Shown one piece after another: positions 36,001 to 45,135 of a DNA stretch of 64,000 nt. Numbering within the stretch: the first letter of the stretch is position 1; each line of letters starts with the position of its first letter. The stretch is from positions 124,001 through 188,000 of the forward strand of contig MU057701.1 in the NCBI GenBank assembly GCA_013265495.1, read 5' to 3'. The DNA is from Vicugna vicugna. Lineage: Eukaryota. The position numbers and the translations under genes are program-made. A model generated the notes under the pieces. The model was not told the DNA's origin and made no database searches. It worked only from the letters and a program-made list of their open reading frames with translations.

Positions 36001-39000
36001 CTGCACCATCACCACCCCTCCTCCTTAGTTCCCACTGATGAGTATTCCTGTTTTTGAAGAGCTATGTCCTCATGTTTTTGCGTGAAAGAGAAAGACAATG
36101 TGCCTTTGGAATAATAGCCTCTTCACCTCCCAGACCTCTACCATCCCCTGGAGATCCCTAAATTCCCCTTCACTTTCCAGGGATGCCCTGTTCTCCATAG
36201 CCTGGGCCCATCCTGGTTCCTTCTTTATGGATCTGTCTTCCTGCGACTCCAGATTGTACTGCATCATTCATTCTTTCTTTCATTTATCCATGTGTTTATT
36301 CATTCATTTGTGATATCTGCCAGACCTTATCCTGGGAGCTGGAATCACTGTCTACTAGAAGGGCAGTGTAATAGGAGCTAGAAACAAGTGGACAGGAAAC
36401 ATGAACTCTGCAGTGAAAGAGGCTGTGACAGCGGTCAGCAAGGACTGCTGTGGGGGCCAGGAGCAGTGGCTGGAACTCAGACCAAGTGCCGGCCAGGGAG
36501 GACTCCAGGAGAAGGCGAGATGAAGGCTGAGTCAGAATTAGGTAAAGAGTGTGAGATTGGGGTGGGGTGGAGCCTGGAGGGAAGAGAGAGGATGAAGCTT
36601 TGGGGAGATGAAGCGTAATGATTCCTCCTTGCGGTGGGAGCACAAGGCGGGATGTGGTGAGAGGTGAGCCTGGGGAAGGTACCTGAGGTCGCCTTATGGA
36701 TTTGGGACTTTGTGAGAAGCCTCAGGAGGATTTTAAGCTGAGGAATGGCATGACAGATTTGGATTTTGGAATGACCTCTCTGGGGAATGACAGGAGGGAG
36801 GGAAGCAAGACAGGGGGCAGAGAGAGTGGGTGAGAGGCTGTTTCAATAGTACAGGAGAGGGGATGGGGGCCCAGATTGAGGGGATGAGAGAAGAGAGAAA
36901 TGAGAGGGTTCAAGGCCTGCCTGGGAGGTAGACTCAGTAGGAGTAGGACTAAGATTTCAGGGGAGAAGTCGAGGGCGAGTGCCAAGTTCTTGCTTGGACA
37001 CTAGGTGGACGATGAGTTGCATCACTGACCTAGGGGTCATAGGAGGAGGAGCAGATCTGGAGCAGAGATCGTGAACTTAGAGTGGGAAATGCAAAGCCTG
37101 AGATGTCCACGTGACATCTGGAGGCAGAAGGCTGCTAGAGGTCAAGGTTTGGGGCTCATGGACTTCAAAAGATACCAAAGACAGCGGTGGAGCTATCAGC
37201 CTAGCGAGTAGGGGAGGGAACCACAGGGATGGGAGAGATCACTACAGGGAGTGTGGGGAGTGAGACAGGAAGGAAATGTGGTAAAGGAAGCTAGGCTCTT
37301 TCTCCCCTTCAAGGTGACCTGTGCAATTTCTTGAGGAATTTCTTTTGGAGATCAAGCCAAAGGCGTGGCTCTCAGGGCATGTATTTTAGGTGCCCTGGAG
37401 CCTTGGACTTGTTGATAAGAGAGGAATTATAGATGGAAGATGGGTAGAGGGATGGCCTGAATAATGGATGGATGGATGGAAAGAGAAGAGGATAAAGAGC
37501 TGCTGGGCACCAGGCATTCTGACTGCCCCCTGACTCCCAAGCGACTTTAGGTTCCTTTCCCCAACATTTTCTTGTCAGTATAGCTTGGGAGCCAGGTGGC
37601 ATCAGAACACCTGATGCCCAAGAGGTTTTCTGACTTTCTCCTTGCTTCCTTCCCATCCATCCATCCTTTCTTTCATTCATCTGTCCATCTTTTTTTCAAT
37701 CCACCCTGCTACCCATCTTCCATCCATTCTTCCATCTATTAATCCATTCATCCATCCTTCCACCCATCAATCCAACAAATATTTACTGAGCACCTGCAAC
37801 GTCCTCAGCCCACCCTCTGCATGGTTGTGTTTCCACCGAATCCAGGAGGTACAGACAGGGTTAAGCTCTTCCCTGATCTTTCTATGGATTTCACACTAGT
37901 CAAGGCTACACAGTAGCTTTGAAGCACCTGAGGTCTTTTCAGCCGTGGGCAACAGAATGAGAAATCTCAGGGGGAGCCGGGTCCCATGAAGCTGTTTTCA
38001 TGAGAGCCATCGAGAGGGTTCACTTGGGCCAGCAATGATTCCAGCGTGAGTTAAGTGCCGGGGACGGCTTGAATCCCAGCTGTTTTCTTTTAACATTCAT
38101 CCTTCAGAATTCCCTCATTTAATCATGGGAATGGAATTACACCCTAACAGTGCAAAACAGAGTAATGAATTACGTCCTGATTCAATTACAGTCAGTAATT
38201 GATGAGATGGATGCCTGAATCGGTCATTTGCACAATGGCAGCAGGAGTTTGGGTGCCACTGGCCTCCTGATTGGACACTTTTCAGAACCTGGATGAACCC
38301 TCTTTATCTCTCCTGCACACCCGTGGTGGGTGGGCTGCACCGGCCATGGACCACATGGTCTCCATGGACCACATGGTCTCCATGGTCACGTGACCATCTA
38401 TCCTGGGACTGGAGACCCTGGCTGAAGAGCCTGTTGCTCCTCAGTTTGGCAAAAGTCACTTGCTAACTTAGTGGTTCTCACCCTTAGTTCACATTAGCGT
38501 TGCCTGGGGAGCTTTCAAGGCAGTACAGTGCCCAGGCCGGGCCCAGGCCACGGGACTCAGCATGTCTGGGGGCGGGGCTTGTGGCATGGACGTCTGACAG
38601 GTGATTCTAGTGGGCAGGCGGGGTGAGGACCATCGGGCTCCCCGTGGCTCAGAAGGTGGCTGGACAGGGAGCTTTCTTACCTGCAGCTGTCCGCTTTCTA
38701 GAAGGGAATGGTCTAAAGAGAGTCCTCAGGAGAAGAACTCTGGCTCCCCTTGAACTCCAGAATGAGTTCGCGGTCCCCACAAGGCTGGTGGCTTCCTCCC
38801 TGAACCGCAGGAGGCGGGGGTGGGGGGGTGCCCGGCCGCAAACTCCCCAGGCCTCTGCGCTGAGCCCCCGCTGTCCGGCCAGGCCTGTCTCTCGTGGTGG
38901 GGCTGGTGCTCTACATCTCCAGCATCAACGACGAGATGCTGAACAGGACCAAGGACACAGAGACCTATTTCAACTACAAGTACGGCTGGTCGTTCGCCTT

Positions 39001-39537
39001 CGCTGCCATCTCCTTCCTTCTAACAGAGGTAAACCCCTTCCAACAGGTGGAGGGGGTATGGGGAGTTGGGCACTGCCCGGGCTGAGCGGGGAGGAGGGAG
39101 AGGCTCCGTGCCTCCTGGACCCGCCCACTCCACTGCCCTTCATCCCAAGATTCTGTCACACTCCTCCCTGGGACATCCCCCAGCCGCATCCCTTCGTCCC
39201 CACTGCGTCTGCTCTCCTGGCGGTGTCCAAGGCCAGCCCCGCCAGCAGCCAGCTCTCCTCTGCTCTCTCTTCACCGCAGAGTGCCGGGGTGATGTCCGTG
39301 TACCTGTTCATGAAGAGGTACACCGCCGATGACATGTACAGGCCTCACCCCGGCTTCTACCGCCCGCGTCTCAGCAACTGTTCTGACTACTCAGGCCAGT
39401 TCCTACACCCGGACGCCTGGGTCCGGGGCCGCAGCCCCTCCGACATCTCCAGCGATGCCTCCCTGCAGATGAACAGCAACTACCCAGCCTTGCTCAAGTG
39501 CCCTGACTATGACCAGATGTCCTCTTCCCCATGCTGA
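32861..39537 (+). CDS. CACNG5: CACNG5, TARP gamma-5 (PMP22/claudin superfamily, 4 TM), spliced CDS join(32861-33056,34683-34769,35600-35740,38883-39028,39280-39537), 275 aa
   Basis: Exon lengths 196+87+141+146+258=828 nt with consistent phases (1,1,1,0) and GT-AG introns. Translation: MSACGRKALTLLSSVFAVCGLGLLGIAVSTDYWLYLEEG...GLWRVCFLAGEERGRCFTIEY...KMIRSATPFPLVSLFFMFIGF...YKYGWSFAFAAISFLLTESAGVMSVYLFMKRY...CPDYDQMSSSPC*. It carries the claudin-family W-GLW-C-C motif, four hydrophobic segments and the type II TARP -SSPC end. Confidence 0.98.
33530..33730 (-). mobile_element. MLT1A-like LTR fragment
   Basis: ttctggcgagggccctcttcctg...ccttctcgctgtgtcctcacgtgg...cccattcatgacggccccaccctcatgac. 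Confidence 0.8.
34683..34769 (+). CDS. CACNG5: CACNG5 coding exon 2 (87 nt)
   Basis: Acceptor tctccacAG|GC. Encodes (G)EERGRCFTIEYVMPMNTQLTSESTVNVL(K). Donor TAA|GTAGGT. Confidence 0.96.
35007..35371 (-). mobile_element. Full-length MLT1A/MLT1A0 solo LTR
   Basis: TG...CA termini (tgtctt...accatagca) and internal motifs gatcaaggtgccagc and gggcactaatcccattcatgagggctccaccctcatgaccta. Flanks ccctg / cccag resemble a 5-bp TSD. Confidence 0.9.
35600..35740 (+). CDS. CACNG5: CACNG5 coding exon 3 (141 nt; TM2 and start of TM3)
   Basis: Acceptor cctttcctcccttaattAG|AA. Encodes (K)MIRSATPFPLVSLFFMFIGFILSNIGHIRPHRTILAFVSGIFFILS(G). Donor CTG|GTAAGT. This frame is absent from the supplied ORF track and was read manually. 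Confidence 0.96.
36262..37270 (-). mobile_element. L2 LINE remnant
   Basis: tcattcatt tail; ggaggattttaagctgaggaatggcatgacagattt; gaggctgtttcaatagtacaggagag. Confidence 0.75.
37651..37775. repeat. Degenerate (TCCA/TTCA)n simple repeat next to an L2 3' tail remnant
   Basis: Repeated ccat/tcat units followed by aacaaatatttactgagcacct, the antisense L2 end. Confidence 0.8.
38344..38397. repeat. 18-bp tandem repeat x2 followed by a perfect 16-bp palindrome
   Basis: ccatggaccacatggtct x2 (38344-38379), then atggtcacgtgaccat (38382-38397). Confidence 0.95.
38470..38638. mobile_element. MER5A-like element
   Basis: tagtggttctcaccctt...cattagcgttgcctggggagcttt...caggtgattctagtgggcag...tgaggaccatc. 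Confidence 0.65.
38883..39028 (+). CDS. CACNG5: CACNG5 coding exon 4 (146 nt; end of TM3, loop 2, start of TM4)
   Basis: Acceptor ctgtccggccAG|GC. Encodes (G)LSLVVGLVLYISSINDEMLNRTKDTETYFNYKYGWSFAFAAISFLLTE. Donor GAG|GTAAAC. Confidence 0.96.
39280..39537 (+). CDS. CACNG5: CACNG5 last coding exon (end of TM4 and cytoplasmic tail)
   Basis: Strong polypyrimidine tract and acceptor ctctctcttcaccgcAG|AGT. Encodes SAGVMSVYLFMKRY...DQMSSSPC, with TGA at 39535-39537. Confidence 0.97.
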   Translation, partial: SAGVMSVYLFMKRYTADDMYRPHPGFYRPRLSNCSDYSGQFLHPDAWVRGRSPSDISSDASLQMNSNYPALLKCPDYDQMSSSPC

Positions 39538-41009
39538 GGCTCGCCGCCACCTCCCTCCATGGACTACGGATGGCCAGGCAGCCTTCCCATGCTCCCCTGT
39601 CGGTCTGTGAGCCCTAGGCCCTTGGTTGACAGGCCCAGGCTGCCCCATGCTTAGCTGTTGTCATTTGACCCCTGTCCTCTCCCTGCTTCCCCTAGAGTAG
39701 GTCCAACTACCACAGGATGGATATCAGGAGCCTGGAACCAGCGAGCAAGCTGATTGGCTGAGAGCATGGGTGTAGCCCCACCCCCTTGAGTGCCAATCAC
39801 TCCAGCAGCTCTCTCCTTTCCTGGGAGAGGTGGGTGTGACGGCTATGAATTCATCCCCGCACACCCAGCTTCATGGTCCCGGCCAAGGCCAGCTCCGAGA
39901 TGCCAAGACCCTTAAAGAGACCCAGCTGGACTTGGGTACTGGCCCTCACGTTCATGATCTGGGCCATTGGGCCAAAAGGTGACTCTGATGTGAGGTCTGA
40001 CTGGTTCAGCATCGTCAAGCAGTGTTCCTCGTGAAATCCTTTCTCCTTTCTTGTCACCCACATCCCTGCATACAACATGCCTGTCTGTGCTCTCCACCTC
40101 CCCTCTGCCCCACAGCCTGTGAATCTGTTTCCTTCTTCTCCCGGTAGAACTCAGCTGCCCCAGCCTCTGTCCCTAAGGGGCTAAGGGTGGGTCTGAGGCC
40201 ACTCTCATGAGTCACAAAGAAGTGTTAATGGCTGATGATGTCTTAATATGACTGGCCCCTTGATAACAGATTTAACGGGTCTTTCATGCCTTAACCCAAA
40301 GAGGTGACTCTGACCATGAGAATTTCAAAATTTGGCTGGTCCTAGTTAATGTTACCAAGCACTGTTTCAGGCGCTAGAGATACTGTCCCTGCTCCATGAG
40401 CACTATTTTCAGTCCAAAACCCTGAAATATAATCATGTAGACAGATGTCTTTACCACCTAAGGAGAAGGCAGCTTTGAAAGAGGCTGCCTGGGACTGGGA
40501 GCTGGATTTGCTGACACCTGAGTCTGAACAAGCCAGACTCAGAATGATCCAGCTGCTCTCCTGAGGATGCCTGTCAGCATTTGGGGTTTGCCAACTTAAT
40601 CCTGATACAGGGTAGCGTCTGCTCCCTGGGTATGGGGCATACAGATTCCCCAGAAGACGAGGTGGCGTGATGCCCATTTTCCTGGTAAGAAACCTGAGCT
40701 GGGAGGTATGTAGCACCTGCCATGAAGTTCAGAGGGAAACTGGTGAAAGGACCACGGCAGGACGGGACCCCCCTCAGATCTCCAAGCATCTTCTCAGCAT
40801 TCCCACTTTTGGATTGGAGGTTTTGAGTAACAGAACAGCGCTGGGCTCTCCGCCGTGTGTTTCTGCCATGCCAGCTTTTCTCCCTTTCTCTTGCTCTCTT
40901 TAAGACAAGTTCTCGGCACAAAAAGCCACCGTGGGCAACACATGGGCTCTGGAAAGAAATACAGAAAACTGCATTTCTGGCCCAGGCAGACTTCGGAAGG
41001 GCAAGGCAT

Positions 41010-41408
41010 TCATTTGCTTGGGCTTCCACGGGCTGGCAGGCTTAAACCACAGGCATTTATTTTCTCACAGTTCTGGACGCCGGAAGTCCGAGATCCAGGG
41101 GGCAGCTGATTTGATTTCTCTGAGGCCATTCTCCTTGGCTTGCAGATGGCTGTCTTCTCAACGTGTCTCCACATCGTTTTTTGTTTGTTTGTTTTTTCCT
41201 GCCTGCGTGCATGCGTGCCCCTGGTGCCCACATACCCTCGTATAAGGACACCCGTCAGCTTGGCTAAGAACCCTCCCTGATGCTTCATTCTGACTTCATC
41301 ACCTCCTTAAAGGCCCCATCTCCAAACACAGCCATATTCCAAGCGTGGAGGGGAGGGTCCCAACATGTGAACATGGGGCACGTTGGGGGCACAGTTCAGC
41401 CCAGACCA
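41010..41408 (-). mobile_element. MLT1B/C-like LTR
   Basis: ggcttaaaccacaggcatttattttctcacagttctggacgccggaagtccgagatc...ggccccatctccaaacacagcca...gcacagttcagccca. Confidence 0.85.
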
Positions 41409-42654
41409 GGCAGGCTGCTTCGCCTCTGGAGTATTCTGCTGAGAGTGGAGGAGACATGAGAGATGTGGACTCTGGTCCTTGTTCTGCCACTATCTCAGCA
41501 TGGATCCTTGGGCAACGCCTTTCTGCTCTGAGGGACTCGGCCCAAACTATTTCCAAGCTCCCCTCCCTGCCCCAACTCTAACGATTCAGCCTCATGGAGA
41601 AGCACCACGTGGCCCCCACATGTGACTTTTCACCCCCTGTCTATCCCCAACTTCCACTCCGTCGGTACCTGCCGTGACTTGTACTCCCTGGTTCCCATTT
41701 ATAGATTAATACGGAAACCACATTCTTCCCCGTGGCAAAGGACTCACTGAGTGTCCTTGGAGACCATTAGGTAGCATTTCCAAATTGGACAGTTGTTCAG
41801 ATGTGCTCAACTCCAATTTTTGTCAATGTAATTAGCTCCTCAAATGCACTGTTCTCTCCCTAAAGCACTTTTTCTCTGTCACTGTACCAGGTTTGTTTTT
41901 GTGCACATGGAAAAAAATAGAATCCACTCCTGAACAAAGCTGATTGTCGACTGTGACATCATTCGGGTGGGTCTTTGTCGTCCAGCTGAGACAGGCAGCT
42001 CCCACCCTGGGAATGTGCGATTTACACGTATCTTAGGAACAGGTTCTGGATCCTTGTCTTCCTTCCTGGGGGATGGGTGAATGTGTCACTTCCTGTGCAA
42101 TGGTGACAGTTTCTTTTCTGTCTATAAGCTGAGAACTGGGGCCTCTTGGCAGCCCCTCCACAATCAAGATTTTATCAAACACTGAAGTGTATAACCTCAA
42201 CTCAGAAGCCATTAATTAGGACACCTTCCCCAATACATTTTCTGAGCTTTTATTTCCCCAGGAGGAAAAAAAAGACTGACGATTTTTTATTTTTTCACCC
42301 TCAAAATATGGGAGGGAGACATTAATACACCAAAGTCTGATGAATTATGGAAGAAAACCAATTGGGGTTACCAGCCGGGTGGTTCAAACAATTCTGACAA
42401 TTGTTCCCTCTCTCCTGGAACTCACCAGCCTCTTTCTTGCTCCAGGGGTTAGTCAGTGATGTCCGCCTCCTCCACGACAGACACTCAGAGAAGACCTTCA
42501 ATGAAATGATCTGTTATCAGGGCTGCACGGAGTTGAGGGGGAGCAGTTGGGGCAGCACCACACCAGTGTATCAGTGATGTTCCTGAGGACTGTATGGCAG
42601 GGAGCCCTTCTATTAATGTTTGGGTAACTATCCTTCATCCCTAAACAAAAGTAG

Positions 42655-43050
42655 CATATTAGGGTTCACCAGAGAAACAGAACCAGCAGAATGTACATAT
42701 AGAGAGGTTTATTTTAAAGAACTGGCTCCTGTGATGGTGGAGGCTTGGCAAATCCAAAAATCTGTCCCCTGGGGAGGTCAGCAGGTGGAAACTGAGGGAA
42801 GAGTTGCAGTTTGAGGTGGAAGGCTGTCTGCCAACAGATTTCCTTCTTGCTTGGGGGAGGTCAATCTTTGTTCTGCTTAAGCTTTCAACTGATTGGATGA
42901 GACCCACCACATTAAGGAGGGCAATCTGCTTTACTCAGAGTGCACTGATTTCAATGTTCATCACATCTGAAAAACACCTTCACAGAAACAGCCAGAACAG
43001 TATCTGGGTACCACGGCCCAACCAAGGTGACACATGCAGTTAACCAACAC
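42655..43050 (-). mobile_element. MLT2 (ERVL) solo LTR
   Basis: ttagggttcaccagagaaacagaacca...gctttcaactgattggatgagacccaccacatt...caaggtgacacat...ttaaccaacaca. Confidence 0.9.
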
Positions 43051-43129
43051 AAGTGGATAAAGGGAAAGGTGGGCAGGGGAAATAGCATTCCGCCTTGAGA
43101 ACTGCAGGGCGGGTGGCGGGTGGCGGGTG

Positions 43130-43155
43130 NNNNNNNNNNNNNNNNNNNNNNNNNN
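43130..43155. other. Assembly gap (26 N)
   Basis: Run of N characters. Confidence 1.
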
Positions 43156-44311
43156 AGCACAGCTATGCACAGTTGTGCATAGCCACAACAGGAGCACTGC
43201 TCCTTCACGGGCTGTCCCTTGGGCTGAGGCCATCTGCTTGATGGCGGTGTGGGTCCCCTTTGCAGGACCCCCAGCCTTGACTTTCATCCCACACTCAAGG
43301 TTGGGGGACCTGCAAATGAGACCCACACCCTCATATGCTAATACGACCCTTGGGAAATTAATCAGCCTTTGGGACACACGTACTCTGTGTCGCGAGTGGG
43401 CACAAAAGTGGATGAATGAGTGGATTCTGCAGAACGCACTTGTGCTCAGGCCCAGACAGGCCAGGACGCAGCCTGCCCTGTGCGTGTGAGCTCAGTCATG
43501 GTGGTGTGGCTCAGTGGCTGCCACCTGCAGCACCAGTACTCCCGGCTGTAGCCCCTCCCCTTCCGGCAGGATAAGGTCTCTGGATTCCCACATACCCCTG
43601 TGCTGGGATCCTAGACCTCTGCTCTGTGACCTTGGACAGGACACACCCTCCCAGGGCCCACCTCACGTGTACGTCAGGCTTGATCTCCCTGTCTGTTCTG
43701 GAGCAAAGACTTTCTGCTTGGGGGGCCCTGCCCTTGGGTCTTCCATACAACAGGCCCTCTGCCCTGCTCGTTCCAGGACGAGCAACAGATAGACGACGTC
43801 CTACAAGGTCAGCTGTAGGTTTGGGGGAAAATGGATCCGCCATCTTGAATCAAGACACAGTTTTTCGCAAATGTCAGTTTAGACACTGTGACTCCAGCTT
43901 CAGCTCCAGCAGGGAGGCATCACAGATGTCCACATCATCAACACGCATACAGCCCCCTTCTTAGAGTGCTTGGCACGTAGTAGGTGCTTGGCAAGCACGA
44001 TCTCATTTGACAGTCTCAGTTCTATGCGTAGGAAGACACTGAGCCCTAAGGATGGGTAGGGACTTGCTCACGATCACAGTCAGTAATATCTGCAGTGCTT
44101 GGCAAGTGCTGTCTCAAATGTTGTCTGCAGTTCTAAATGCCCAGTGTGGCCAAGGCACCCACTTCCATAATCAGAGAAATGGGTTCCATCCAAAGATAGA
44201 TGGAGAAGGAAAGCTCTCATTAAACGGGAAAGAAAGGTGAGCTGTTGTTCCCCTGAAAGCTACTGATTAATCCCGTCTCCTTGTCTCCCCTCCCTACACA
44301 TGATGCCAACT

Positions 44312-45135
44312 TGTGTAGGAAAAACTCACTGCTTCTCCCTTTACTCGCACACAATACCTCTGACACCAGATGTGTGGGTTTTTTCCCCCAACACCGAGCA
44401 ATTCTTGGTGACACCAGCTGGGTGTGCTACAGTCCAATTCACAGCCGACACACAGACCCCACGGGTTCCTGGCTCAGTCCCAAGGGACTGCCCCCACTTC
44501 AGATGCCAATCCCAAGAAGTAGGTCCCCAGGTTACCCACAAGTTCTGTCCGACTTGGCTACAGATTAGAAGCTCCCATGACTCTTCCTTGGATCTGATTA
44601 TTTGCTAGAATAGTACCCAGAACTCTAGGCAATACTGTCTTCCATTTACCAGTTTATTATATAATAAAGAATATGAAAAAGGATTTAGAGTAATAATCGG
44701 ATGAAGCGATATATAGGGTGAGATCTGGAAGGGCGCTGAGCCCAGGGGACTCTGTCCCTTTGGAGTTGGCACGCACCACCCTCCCAGCACGGGGCTGTGT
44801 TCACCAACCTGGAAGGCCCTCCAAACCCTGTCCCTTAGAATTGTTACAGAGGCTTCGTCACTTAGGCGTGATCGATCATTAACTCAGCCTCCAGCCCCTC
44901 TCTCCTTCCTGGAGGCTGGAGGTGGTGGGTGGCTGAAAGTTCCAAGCTTCTGATCATGGCTTGGTGTTTCAGGTGACCAGCCCCGCAACCTGAAGCCATC
45001 CAGGAGCCCACCCAGAGTCACCTCATTAGAACAAAAGACACTCCTATCACCCAGGAAGTTCCAAGGCCTTTAGGAGCTCCGTGCCAGCAACTGGGGGCAG
45101 AGACCAATACATATATATTTTTTTCCATTTTCACA
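44312..45135 (-). mobile_element. MER21-family solo LTR
   Basis: The reverse complement begins TGTGA...ATATATATGTATTGGTCTCTGCCCCCAGTTGCTGGCACGGAGCTCCTAAAGGCCTTGGAACTTCCTGGGTGATAGGAG, like MER21 as recalled. Internal gacaccagctgggtgt and gactgcccccacttcagatgcca. Confidence 0.75.

Larger units (their letters stand above)
39538..44668 (+). other. CACNG5: CACNG5 3' UTR (3' end uncertain, probably at least 4.7 kb)
   Basis: A manual scan found no AATAAA after the stop until 44663-44668. The first ATTAAA is at 44219-44224. Confidence 0.4.

Noticed and set aside
38344..38397. CRISPR-like repeat array
   Set aside because: Repeats are adjacent with no spacers, the context is eukaryotic, and there are no cas genes.
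38623..39537. 304-aa ORF ending in the CACNG5 C-terminus
   Set aside because: It starts at a GTG inside a MER5-like element, reads exon 4 out of frame and crosses the last intron. Only its final 85 codons plus stop are the real exon, and no phase-compatible acceptor joins it to exon 3 nearby.
39535..39545. Stop-codon readthrough or selenocysteine recoding at the TGA
   Set aside because: The context is TGA-GGC, not the TGA-CTAG readthrough motif. No SECIS recognised, and the -SSPC terminus is the expected end.
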